From Octopus sinensis (taxonomy: Eukaryota): a stretch of DNA of 64,000 nucleotides. Within the stretch, counting starts at the first letter, position 1, and every line of letters begins with the position of its first letter. This document shows positions 1 through 10,712 of the stretch, piece by piece. The notes beneath the pieces are model-generated. The model had not been told where the DNA came from and searched no databases. It saw only the letters and a program-made list of their open reading frames with translations. The DNA lies in contig NC_043006.1 in NCBI RefSeq assembly GCF_006345805.1, positions 2,542,001-2,606,000 of the forward strand, in the 5' to 3' direction. The position numbers and the translations under genes are program-made.

Positions 1-1790
1 ACAACCATCAAGTGCATTCCATACTTGGACATAATAGCTTCTATTGAAGAGGTGGCCATAAACATATCAAAAGCTCAGGGAGATGAACTAAGGTGGAAAG
101 TGAGACAGGTACTAGAAAAAGTGAAAAGTTTGCTCTCAAAAGACTACAGAGTGACAATTCCATCATAATACTTCTGGCAGACAAAGGAAATGCTACAGTG
201 GTGATGAACAAGTCTGACTACTCGGAAAAATTGGCAAGTTTTATATGTGATGGTAACTAAAGAAAGACCCAACTCTGAAAACAGAGAGGAAGCTGTCACA
301 GATCTTGATCAAGAACAAGGATCACTTTACACCCATGAAGTACAGACAACTGACTCAACATCACAGAAAACTACCACACACGTACGATCTCCCTAAGATT
401 CACAAGGATAGTATTCCATTAAGACTTATAGTGAGCTGTAGAGGTTCAGCATGTCATCCACTGAGCCGCTTCCTTGTGGATATAATCAGTCCATTAGCAG
501 GAACTCTTCATCGTACGCGAAGAATTCCACCCACTTCACAGAATTGATCAAGGATACGCCCATTGAATCGAACCAGATGGTGAGTCTAGATGTTGTAAGT
601 TTATTCACCAAAGTTGCAACTGGTGAAGCACTATCGGTGATACAAGGAAAACTAGTGACAGACCTCCATCTAAAAGAACGCACTAGTATACCAATAAGAA
701 ACTTGATGGAAATGTTGACCTTCTGTGTAGAAACTACCTACTTCAGTATGGACACTGATATATATCGACAAGAGGAGGGTTTAGCTATGGGTTCGCCATT
801 ATCACTGGTAATAGCCAATATATACATGGAATACTTTGAGAGTTTGGCTTTAGGATCAACACCACTAAAACTAACCCTATGGCTGTGATATGTTGATGAC
901 ACCTTTATACTCTGGCCCCACCAGGAAGATGTCCAAGTGCTGTTAGATCATGTGAACTCAATAAAGCCATCCATACAGTTCACAATGGAAAAAGGAAAAA
1001 GATAATCAGCTGGCATTCCTGGGTGTATTAATAACAAGCACCAAGTATGGATTCAAGACATCTGTATACTGCAAGCTGACTTTCACTGGACAATACCTCA
1101 ACTTCAATTCCCACCATCCATACAGTGTAAAGGGAAGGATTGCTCGGTGCTTAAAACATCGAGCAAAGAATATATGTAGTGATCGTGATACACACCACGA
1201 AGAAATGGTCAAGCTCAGTAACAGTCTGTTAAGCAACAACTACCCCCAAAACATACTCTCCACTCCAGTTATGAAGAAGAGAGAGGATGAGGCCAAAAAA
1301 CTGTCCACAGTCTGTCTACCCTATGTGAAAGGCCTCTCAGAAAAGATACAAAAGATATGTGGCCCATATGACATTAGAACAGTATTCAAGAGTAATACAG
1401 CACTTTGCAAATCTCTCCTTCGAGTAAAACCACCAATAGAAGAGAATATGACCAAAAACTGCATGTACTCCATCCCATGCAGCTGTGGTAGGTTATACAA
1501 AGGTGAAACATGCTACCCCCTCAAAATAGGGGTAGAGGAACATTGCAAAGCTATGACATGAGGAGATATTGATAAATTGGGTATAGCTGATCATATGTGG
1601 TAAAATGGAGACCACCTTCCCCTGTGGGATGAAGTTAAAATAATAGACAGAGAACACCACTGGAAAATACGAAAACTAAAAGAAGCAGCACATATGCTAG
1701 GACAACAACCTCCTTAGCAGACCGAGTGCAGATATGAGTAGCATATGGGAACCGGTGTTAAGGGTGGATAGGAAAATATTAGATTTTATA
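1..1790 (+). mobile_element. Penelope-like retroelement (RT + C-terminal GIY-YIG endonuclease), decayed, runs off the window start
   Basis: ORF pieces 305-547, 451-888 and 1205-1561 give SLDVVSLFTKV, EEGLAMGSPLSLVIANIYMEYFE, W-L-stop(886-888)-YVDDTF, VCLPYVKGLSEKI and the GIY-YIG-like CMYSIPCSCGRLYKGET. Multiple frameshifts and stops. Confidence 0.92.
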
Positions 1791-1820
1791 AGCCCTAAAA
1801 TTCACTCCATAATTGCCCAT

Positions 1821-1898
1821 GGGCATATAGCATAGTGGTTAAGAGTGCGGACTACTAACCCTAAGATTCCAAGTTTGATTCCATTCAGTGACCTGAAT
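1821..1898 (+). promoter_or_regulatory. tRNA-like head with Pol III A and B boxes, followed by (AAT)n
   Basis: TAGCATAGTGG (1828-1838) fits the A-box TRGCNNARYGG. GTTTGATTCC (1873-1882) is one transition from the B-box GTTCGATTCC. An anticodon-like loop CTACTAA lies between them. No full acceptor stem, so not a functional tRNA gene. Confidence 0.6.
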
Positions 1899-1965
1899 AG
1901 TAATAATAATAATAATAATTATAGTAATAATAATAATAATAATCATAATAATAATAATAATCATA

Positions 1966-2471
1966 TCTATATATATAAAACTCTAGTTGTGTGAGTGTCT
2001 GTCCCCTTCGATTTAGATTCCTAACTCCTCCCACATTTTGCGGTGCAGTTTAACCAAATTCGGGTATCTTATAGTCGTGATTCATATCGAGCCCGTCTGA
2101 CTATTAGCGCGCGTCAACGATGAGTCTACGATTTTAAAAATAATTTAACATCATTTTTTATTCCATTTTAATGCATAAAATGCATCGTGTGTTGATGGCG
2201 GCGGAGTTGGCGTCCACGCTCACAGCTGCACCTGTTTGCTTCTCCCCCTTCCCTCCCTCGTGAAGCTGTGGGGAAGGGAGTGTAAAGAAATCAACGTCGT
2301 AATGCGTTGTGAAGGAAACCAGCGTTCTTTTAGAACAACGACTTCATGGCTTGAAGACACGAAAACAAAAATGGCTAAGAAAGCCCGAATTTATAAGGGA
2401 AGTAACTCTCTAAAAATGCTTATATAGTTATTTCCCTTACAAACCCGAGCAACGCCGGGCGATACTGCTAG
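1966..2471 (+). mobile_element. Non-autonomous Helitron
   Basis: Begins TCTATATATATAAAA, ends with hairpin CCCG-AGCAACGC-CGGG then CTAG (2468-2471), sits between host A and T, no TSD, inserted in an (AAT)n tract. Confidence 0.85.
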
Positions 2472-2536
2472 TTAATAATAATAAAAACATCGAAAAATAC
2501 CTTAGGAATGAGAACCCAGGTTTGAAATTTTCCCAA

Positions 2537-2582
2537 GACACCTAACGAAGGCTGGAGGGTATATCAACCAAAACGTTGTGTT
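2537..2582 (+). ncRNA. Decayed minimal type I hammerhead ribozyme motif (Penelope terminal-repeat type)
   Basis: Helix I GACAC/GTGTT; core CTAACGA (consensus CTGANGA); helix II GGCTG/CAACC; AAAA in place of GAAA; palindromic helix III AACGTT; triplet GTT. Three G>A changes separate it from a canonical fold. Confidence 0.62.
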
Positions 2583-3384
2583 AACAACAAACAAGATGAA
2601 GACAAATATCTGTCGAATGTAAATAACGTAAATAATGTACTGTTCAAATGATGTTTTGAATAGAAACGACTTCCTATTAAAACTTTTGAGACAGCACAGC
2701 AACAAACTTTTCAATTTTAAGTCTAGGTAATTGATTTTTTTCATCATGGCATATGATATGAAATTTTTGCTCAATAATCTATTTGTTAAATAGTTCAGTT
2801 ACATTTAATTTTAAAATTTCCAGGCTCCACAACTGGAAGTTAAAGCTAAGGTGTAATAACTCTAATCATGAAACGTTCTGAAATGTTTCATGGCTGTTCT
2901 TTCTTAAGCACGGAAAAAATTTAATTTTAAACCTTGCATATTACCATTGACTATTAAAATCATCTGATTTGATGCGTTATTTCTTGGTATATTTAGCTGC
3001 AATGATGAATTAAACCTAATTATAAATAGCCTGTAGATGTGAATACTTGACAACCTTTTGGTTACAGATACACCTACAGATTTACTGCTTCTCTGTTAGT
3101 TGGAGAATAAAGCAGTTTTAAAACTTTGACAGCTAATACTCTCGTTTAGGATGTTACATTTTTCTTCTTTTTTTTTTTGAGTGGTTTTAACATTTGTGTT
3201 ATCAGTTGAAGCAAAATTAATTGGATCTGCACATTTAGAAAATGTCTTACAATTATTATCCTAGGAGAGATACACAGTGTTACGGGATGAGCAGAAACAG
3301 ATTTTTTGTTCAACTTAAATGACTTGTAGGTGTTATTGCATGTAATTATATTAACATAGATAATTTGTGTTAAGATGTGTGGCA

Positions 3385-3560
3385 TTCTGATTTGGATGTT
3401 GGGCTTATGATTGTTATTTCATTGGTTCAACTTGTGAAGCATCCTTGAGCAAAGCACTTTATTTTATGTTACAGATGTTGACTCATCTGAAACATGCATA
3501 CCAGCAATAACTGGTGGTGGGCTTAACCTTGCAACAGCCTGTATCCTGTTCAGGAGAAGT
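3385..3560 (+). mobile_element. Decayed SINE, family C type
   Basis: CCTTGAGCAAAGCACTTTATTTTATGTT resembles the family C core CTTGAGCAAGACACTTTATTTCAC; the tail resembles 40410-40440. Confidence 0.4.
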
Positions 3561-4379
3561 TTTGTACTCTCAGTCACTTAAGTGCTATGAAAACCAGCGT
3601 GAGTCAGTAGACGTAGGCTTGAGACTAACTTTAATTTGTAATACAGAGCAATACAGATACATGTCTGAAGTTGAACTTTTCAAGTTACTATTATGTTTGA
3701 AGCTTTTGAAACCATGTTTATCGATAAGTTTAATTTCAATATTATCTTCATGATTTACTTTATATATTGTCTTGTATTTCTAAATTGACATGCGACACAT
3801 AAAGCAGAAGCAGTTCTGACAAAACTGTATTTCAGATATTTGGCAAGCGCTCTGGGTTGACAATCTTTCTTGTTCAACAGTGTTCTGCTCTAAGGAGAAG
3901 TTGTCTGCTTGGCCCAACCCAGGAGCATGGAACATTGAACAGACAATGAGAGAAACATGGACTTGTCAGTTCAGCTCCTTGTCTTGTGTGGAGGCATCTT
4001 TGGTGGGCATTGCTGCATATATTGTACAGACATCTATTCTTAGGTTGGACCATAGATATTGTACAGGAATTGTATCCGATTTAATACACCAACGAAATTC
4101 CTCATTTATAAATTATATCTTTTAAAAAGTTAGTTTGTAGTTTTGAATACCCAAATACGAGAGAAGATAGAAGATAATTTATTCTTTTATTGTTTCACAT
4201 TTACATTTGTATATATTTGGTATCAAATCACATTTACTTAATGTGTTCTCTTAGTATGTGTAACAAAACAGGAGACAATTATATTGCGCACAATATGTAT
4301 GGACAGTATATACGGGGATGCTGTTGTTATTAAAATTCCTTACTTAAAAACATCTTCAAAAAGTTTGTGTGCAATTTCA

Positions 4380-4574
4380 AGATAAAATGCTTCACAAACT
4401 CTAGAAAGCTAAAAAGTTTGACTGGGGACAAGTATCTGTATCACAATAAAAAAAAATCTGCAAATATAATTCCATAAAGAAAAAGCTTTATATAAAAAAT
4501 TGTTATAAGTCATCAAATTTGAAGAAACATGTCTGCATATTCAGTACCCAGGCAATATTGGGTATCTCTGCTAG
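4380..4574 (+). mobile_element. Helitron 3' end remnant (5' boundary uncertain)
   Basis: TACCCA-GGCAATAT-TGGGTA hairpin (4545-4564) followed by CTAG (4571-4574) and T; similar to the terminus at 2445-2471. Confidence 0.5.
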
Positions 4575-4871
4575 TAGAAGATAAAAGTCAATAAAAGAAA
4601 AATAGTTTCTTATGCACAGTATTCTTTGTCTGAAAAACAAAGTGAATTTCTTCAGGTTAGAGTTGAATTAAGATAGATATGCAACACACTTTTGCTGGGT
4701 TGTTAGCTATCTCAGAGGTTGTCAAATTAACAAACATAAGCGTTTGCTTGCTGAAAAAATAACTGAAATATATTTATATATATATGTAGAAGGTTGAAAA
4801 GGAACACACGAGTTTGATATATATGGAAAAAAAGTCAAGGTAGAAAATGCTAAAATAATTTTATAAAATCA

Positions 4872-4913
4872 TTTCAGTACCAGTTTCAGTCATTGAGACT
4901 TTTTCAACTGTAA
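4872..4913 (-). ncRNA. Minimal type I hammerhead-like fold with U3-A8 core
   Basis: Minus strand reads TTACAG TTGAAAA AGTC TCAAT GACT GAAA C TG GTA CTGAAA: helix I CAG/CTG plus 2 more bp, helix II AGTC/GACT, intact GAAA, triplet GTA. Lies in a ~200-bp AT-rich segment next to a (TA)n run. Confidence 0.58.
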
Positions 4914-5114
4914 GTATGGAAAACAATTAAATTTTGGAAAAGTTAAAAGAAAAGTTTTTTAAAAGAAGTTTTGCATAGTATTCAAATACAAGGGGCATTT
5001 TCCTTGTTTCTACCTGTCTCTGTCTCTCTTGTTTACTCTTGTGGGTTGTGAATTCTAGGCAGAGAAGAAGAAGGATGAGGAGGAGGAGGTAGAGAAGAAG
5101 AATGCAGGAGTGCC

Positions 5115-5393
5115 ATGATAGTAGTAGGATGCTAAATGGTCAAGTGCCCTGAAAGTGACTTGTTGTGGATGGTAGTAGCAATTGAATTCTTGAGACATCT
5201 CTTTTGAATGTATTGTTTATAATATTTGCCTAGGTGTTATTCTAAACAGCAGTAGTGGTAAAGATAGGAAGGAGGTGGTGGATAGGAAGACAAAGAAGAA
5301 GAAGAAGAAGGGGAAAGAGAAGAGAGAATGATAAGGGATGTAGGTGGTATGATAGTAGTAGGATGTTAAATGGTCAAGTGACCTAAAAGTGAC
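5115..5393. repeat. Local direct duplication of a ~45-bp motif in a purine-rich region
   Basis: ATGATAGTAGTAGGATG(C/T)TAAATGGTCAAGTG(C/A)CCT(G/A)AAAGTGAC at about 5115-5159 and 5349-5393. Confidence 0.8.
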
Positions 5394-5819
5394 AATACAT
5401 GCATATATAGATATATACTTATACACACACACACACACACACACACATGAATTATTTTTGTGATATAATGTAACAAAACTGCAATTTATTTTAGCAATAG
5501 CTTATACAAGAGATACTTTTTCTGAGATTGTTCCGTTCAGAAATCAGGATGCACCTTACGCATGAGTGCATAACATACAAGAATAAATACGGCATGTTTA
5601 TATATTCCTGTCCACTTACAAGTTGGCCCAAACCAGCTGTGGTGATAGGATGACATACAGATACTACACTCACATAAGGGACCAAGAAAATCTTTATTCC
5701 TTTATCTACAACGTACCTTTAACACTAAAATTATAATAACTCAAAACAATAAAGCAAATATTCTCCTGTTTACCTTGTTTAGTATTATACTCAATTGTTG
5801 CTTTGTTTGCATGCATAAG

Positions 5820-6290
5820 CATGTTCCTGTGTGATTTTAATTTACGCAATAAGAGAAGACAATGTGCCATTTATCTCTAACAATGACCTACTTGGAATTT
5901 TGCTAAGCTTAATTAAATTGAATATTTTTTCTTTAGAAGCATTAGAGTGTGGAATCACTACTAAAACCTCTGTGACTTTAGACAGATACTTAAATCTTTT
6001 CCTGCTCTCTTTCAGTGACAAAGACTGTAATTGTCTCTGTAAAACAACCATTTTACAATACTTTTCATCACAGACCCTCACATTTGATGTTGCATTTGTA
6101 TTACCCAAATGTTTAGAAACTAAAATCTCATCCCAACTCATTTGTGAATAAAATACCATTCTGTCGTCCAATCTGGATTGAACTTCACACCAGTCTTTTA
6201 CTTATTAGTGGACTTTGCGACCACCCATTCTTCTGTCATATGACCTGAAATGTTTTGACTTGAGCTGTACATGAAATGCCATTAGTTATG
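5820..6290 (-). pseudogene. hAT-superfamily transposase C-terminal (dimerization domain) remnant
   Basis: ORF 5842-6171 contains KRFKYLSKVTEVLVVIPHSNASKEKIFNLIKLSK...SLLEINGTLSSLI, matching the hAT dimerization-domain pattern (xxxPxSNAxxERxFS). Confidence 0.75.
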
Positions 6291-6599
6291 TATCAAAAAT
6301 AGGGCCTTCTTTGAATCAATAACAACAAGCTTGTTATAACTTTGGAAAGAGCCAAAAGTTTGAATTAAAGATTGTGGAGGGTTGAGTTGGTGTAAACCCA
6401 GCCCCTACCCTAAAAATCAGTAAAATACAAAATATCATAAATATAGATGAATTTCAAAAATGTATTAATTTGCTGGAATTGTTTCGATGGATCCTTAGAT
6501 CTTAAATTTTCATCTGATTTTCGATCAGGAATTGAGATCCTAAAACCAAGGTGCCACATAGAAAGCATTGACATGAGTGCTGATGTCACATACAAAATA

Positions 6600-6815
6600 T
6601 TTGTGCTGGTGCTACATTAAAAGCACTGGTGATGGTGCCACATAAAAACCACTCAGTACATACTGTAAAGTAACTGGCATTAGGAAGGGCATCCAGCTGT
6701 GGAAACCAAGCCAAAACAGACTATGGGATCTGGTGCAGCCCCTGGCCTTGCCAGTTCTTGTCAAGCTGTCCAGCCAATGCCAGCATGGAAAATAGATTGC
6801 AAATGATGATGATGT
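6600..6815 (+). mobile_element. Short copy of the RTE LINE 3' UTR
   Basis: GGCATTAGGAAGGGCATCCAGCTG core, CCAGCATGGAAAA and a (GAT)n tail, as in the 3' end of the LINE at 29883-31670. Confidence 0.8.
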
Positions 6816-7609
6816 TGTAACAGCTGGAATTGTAGGTTTGCTCTACTGTTCCAAAAATGGCAGGTTCTATGGTTTCCAAAAGTTTTAACATCTGCAGCTC
6901 TATTATTTCTTTCCAAGAGCCAGATCTATCCCAAAACGAAGTACTTGTGTGTGCATTTGGGTGGATTTCCTTCCCTGAGCCAGCTTGTCTGGGAATATCC
7001 TATCAAGATTCACTTTGCACAATTTAGGGAAATGCATCTGTATTCCTTGGATATCTCAAGTTTCATCCAATTCTTTTTATCCAGAACACCTGAAATTGTA
7101 GAATAAACTCTTTGCCCATTGTTTTTTTTTTTTAGCAGAGTATAATCTTGATTCCAGGGTTAATAAGTAACTTGGTGGTTTTCCTCATTTTAATATTTTT
7201 ATTGGTTCCTTTTTTATTACCTGCTCTTTTTATTTTGTTTTATTAGTTTCTTTCGAGACATTTTATTTACTGTAATTTATTGCTGTTAATTCTTTTATTA
7301 CCTTCTCATTGTATTCATTTAAGTATTTTTGTTAATTATTTTATTACTATTTTTATTTTCTAGCTTGAATGTGCCTCTTGCACATTTTGTGCTGTTTTAA
7401 TGCTGTTCAACTCCTTCCCTTAATCCATGTTATAAAGTGGCCCATTGGCCTTGTTTCATGTGACTTTTGAATAAAGAAAAATAGGGGAAGAGATTGGGAA
7501 ATGTATCTGTACTTCCATATGTACATCTGTCTCTTTCTATGTAAACACACACACACACACGCACACATATATGACCAGTCTATGCCAGCATGGAAAATGG
7601 ATGTTAAGA

Positions 7610-8007
7610 CCTGTTGAGGCAAGAGAAAAACAAAATTGTAATCGATCAACATCAATGGAAATTGTAGCTGTGATACCAGTGCCGGTGGCATGTAAGGGAA
7701 CCATCCAAACGTGGCCGTAGCCAGTGCCGCCCTGATTGGCCTCCATGCCGGTGGCACGTAAAAAGCACCATCTGATCGTGGCCGTTTGCCAGCCTCGTCT
7801 GGGACCTGTGCCGGTGGCACGTAAAAAGTACCCACTACACTCACAGAGTGGTTGGCGTTAGGGAGGGCATCCAGCCGTAGAAACACTGCCAGATAAGACT
7901 GGGCCTGGTGCAGCCTTCTGGCTTCCCAGACCCCAGTTGAACCATCCAACCCATGCTAGCATGGAAAGCGAACGTTAAACGGTGATGATGATGATGATGA
8001 TGATGAT
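7610..8007 (+). mobile_element. Short copy of the RTE LINE 3' UTR with internal repeats
   Basis: Repeated GCCGGTGGCACGTAAAAAGCAC units, GGTTGGCGTTAGGGAGGGCATCCAGCCG, ends GAACGTTAAAC(G/GAT)n. Confidence 0.88.
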
Positions 8008-8028
8008 ATATATATATACACACACACA

Positions 8029-9163
8029 CAAGGGTGTACCCAAAAGAAACTGGAATTTTACAGTATTATTTTATTCCCTAAGTTGTACCTGTTTACACTT
8101 TAATCACCTTCAAAGTAGTCTCCATTTGAAGCAATGCATTGGTCCGAAGCAGTGCTGGAACTCTTGTGAAGTGACGCCTTGTCTCAGTCATCTTTTTCTC
8201 CTCCTCTTCCACATCTGCAAAACGTTTTCCTTCGAGGACATTTTTTATTCAAGGGACCAAAAGAATTCCACAGAGAGCAAGATCAACTCCCAGCTGTTCT
8301 TTTCAGTTCATGACACGTATTCACTCTTTTGATCTTCTGTGAGCAAGTGATGCACAACATTTTGCTGCAACTCTTTTCATTTGCAATTTCTTGCTCAGAA
8401 TTCGTTGGCAGGAGCTTCAGGACACACCAGTCATATCAACAAGTTCATCAATTGTTTGGTGACAGTCCTCCAAGATGAGTTCATGAATTTTCATGATGTT
8501 TTCATTTGTTCAGGAGGTCGACAGTCACCCTGAATGAGGTTGGTCTTCAAACAACAAGTGACCATTCCTAAAGCGTGAAAACCACTTGTAAACCTGAATT
8601 TTGCTCATGGCAGTATCCTTGTAAGGTATTTGAAACATAACAACTGTTTTGGCCCTGTTTTCCCACACAGAAAACAGAATTTCATGGAAGCACAGTTGTT
8701 CCTTTGTTTCAACCACCACAAAAATCAAGAAACAAGGGAGAAGCACTGCAAAACAAAGACGCACCATGTGATAGTACGACTCCCCTCGATGCCTCTGGTT
8801 GGCAGGCTGATGCCTGGGGGTTGCATCAAGTGACCTCTATGTACACATATATATTAAATATATATGTATATAACTGTACAAACAGCTATGCTACATGGTA
8901 GTGAGACATGGGCTACGACCACTGAGAATATGCTTTCATGGAAGCATGGTGTTCCTTCATATCAACTACCACAAAAATCGACAAACAGCGGAGAAGCATT
9001 GCAAAACAAAGAGCACCACATGGCAGTATGACTTCAGTTGATGCTGCTGGTCGGCAGGCTGATGCCTGGGGGTCACATGAAGTGGCTTCTAGCAGCAGAA
9101 GCCTGGGCTACAATGAGCTTGTCCCACAGGGAACATTTCTGGTTAATTTTGTGTACTCCCTCA
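8029..9163 (-). mobile_element. Mariner (Tc1/mariner) element, internally deleted and decayed
   Basis: Imperfect TIRs CAAGGGTGTACCCAAAAGAAACTGGAAT (8029-) and ATTTCTGGTTAATTTTGTGTACTCCCTCA|TA (-9163). Minus-strand HTH remnant YKDTAMSKIQVYKWFSRFRNG...EDQPHSG, continuing KIHELILED...QMKRVAAK. Confidence 0.85.
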
Positions 9164-9232
9164 TATATATATATATGTTCATATTCATAAGCAAATATAT
9201 ATACATATACCTGTGAATGTGCGTGTAGGTGT

Positions 9233-9275
<43 letters not shown>

Positions 9276-9802
9276 CATATATATGCACACACAGACATAT
9301 CTATGCGTCTGTATATGTGTATATATATATATATATGTATACACACACACATAATTTTTATATAATGTTACAAATTAAGAACTACGTTCAGGCAAGCACA
9401 TTTGCTGGTCAGTCTCACATGAAATCACACTTCCACAAGCAGAGAAGCTTGATTAAATAACCTGAGTGGAAAAAGTGTTCTTGTGATACTCTTCTGGTCA
9501 ACCATGTCCTATTATTATTTAATCATGCTTTCTACTTAGGGAAGTGTGATCTCACATGAAACTGTTTGGTAATTTTGCTTGACTGAACGTGCTTCTCAAG
9601 TTATTGTCTTATTAAATTTTATTAAATTACACACAGGCACAGACAGACACCTACATATATACTTTAATGTGGAGATACTTAGAAAGCCACAAAACTGCTG
9701 TATTTGTCTCGAGAAAAATCATCCAGCAGCAGCAGTATGGAAATAATAATACTGCTTCCATCACCAATAATGAAGATATATATATATATACATATATATA
9801 TA

Positions 9803-9985
9803 TCATCATCATTGTCGTTTAATGTCCGCTTTCCATGCTGGCATGGGTTGGACGATTTGACTGAGGACTGGCGAACCAGATGGCTGCACCAGACTCCAAT
9901 CTGATCTGGCAGAGTTTCTACAGCTGGATGCCCTTCCTAATGCCAGCCACTCCGAGAGTGTAGAGGGTGCTGTTATGTGCCACCA
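9803..9985 (-). mobile_element. Short copy of the RTE LINE 3' UTR
   Basis: (CAT)n-GTCGTTTAATGTCCGCTTTCCATGCTGGCATGGGTTGGACG...GGATGCCCTTCCTAATGCC. Confidence 0.88.
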
Positions 9986-10257
9986 GGGAGCGGGATGGGT
10001 TACTCGACCAGAAGAAAAATCTAACTGGGCCCCACCTGCAAGGTCATGCGCTGTTTATCTTGATATGAGATCACCATGTCGCGCACATATGGTTGTGATG
10101 CATGTGCCTGGTGTACCCTTATCAGACGGGTAGTCATGATGGGTATACTGGGCTTCGTATATTTTACCCCAGTGTCACTTTGATGGCATGCACTGCTCTC
10201 TCACATTATAATTATAATAATAATAATAATAATAATAATGATGATGATGATAATAAT
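9986..10257 (+). mobile_element. Unclassified retroposon 3' end with (TAA)n tail
   Basis: GC-richer, CpG-retaining block ending GGCATGCACTGCTCTCTCAC directly before a (TAA)n tail; no recognisable ORF; family not assignable from this window. Confidence 0.5.
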
Positions 10258-10667
10258 AATCCTTTCTACTAAAGGCACAAGGCCTGAAAATTTGGTGGGA
10301 GAAGATTTGTTGATTACATTGACCCCAGTATTTCACTGGTACTTAATTTATCAACTCCAAAAGGATGAAATGTAAAGTTGACCTCAGTGGAATTTGAACT
10401 CAAAACATGAAGACAGATGAAATGCTGCCAGGCACTTTACCTGGCATGCTAACAATCATGCCAGCATGCTGCCCTTTATAATTATAATAACCCTTTCTAC
10501 TAAAGGCACAAGACATGAAATTTGTGGGAGAGGGACAGTCAATTACATCGACCCCAGGATGAAAAGCAAAGTCGATGTCTTCAGAATTTGAGCTCAGAAC
10601 GTTGTGATGGGTGAAATATTGCTTAGCGTTTTGCCTGGCATGCTAACAATTCTGCCAGCTCACTGCC

Positions 10668-10700
<33 letters not shown>
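10258..10700 (-). mobile_element. Two tandem tRNA-derived SINEs, family B
   Basis: Two copies (about 10258-10478 and 10488-10670) with head GGCAGTGAGCTGGCAGAATTGTTAGCATG, B-box GAGTTCAAATTC and tail GGCCTTGTGCCTTTAGTAGAAAGG-(ATT)n. Confidence 0.85.

Positions 10701-10712
<12 letters not shown>

Noticed and set aside
1821-1898. Possible tRNA-Ser(ACT) gene
   Set aside because: No proper acceptor or T stems; treated as a tRNA-derived promoter head. The same applies to the SINE heads.
3834-4125. Open frame IWQALWVDNL...NYIF after a possible acceptor
   Set aside because: No recognisable domain, no convincing donor and no supporting neighbouring exon.
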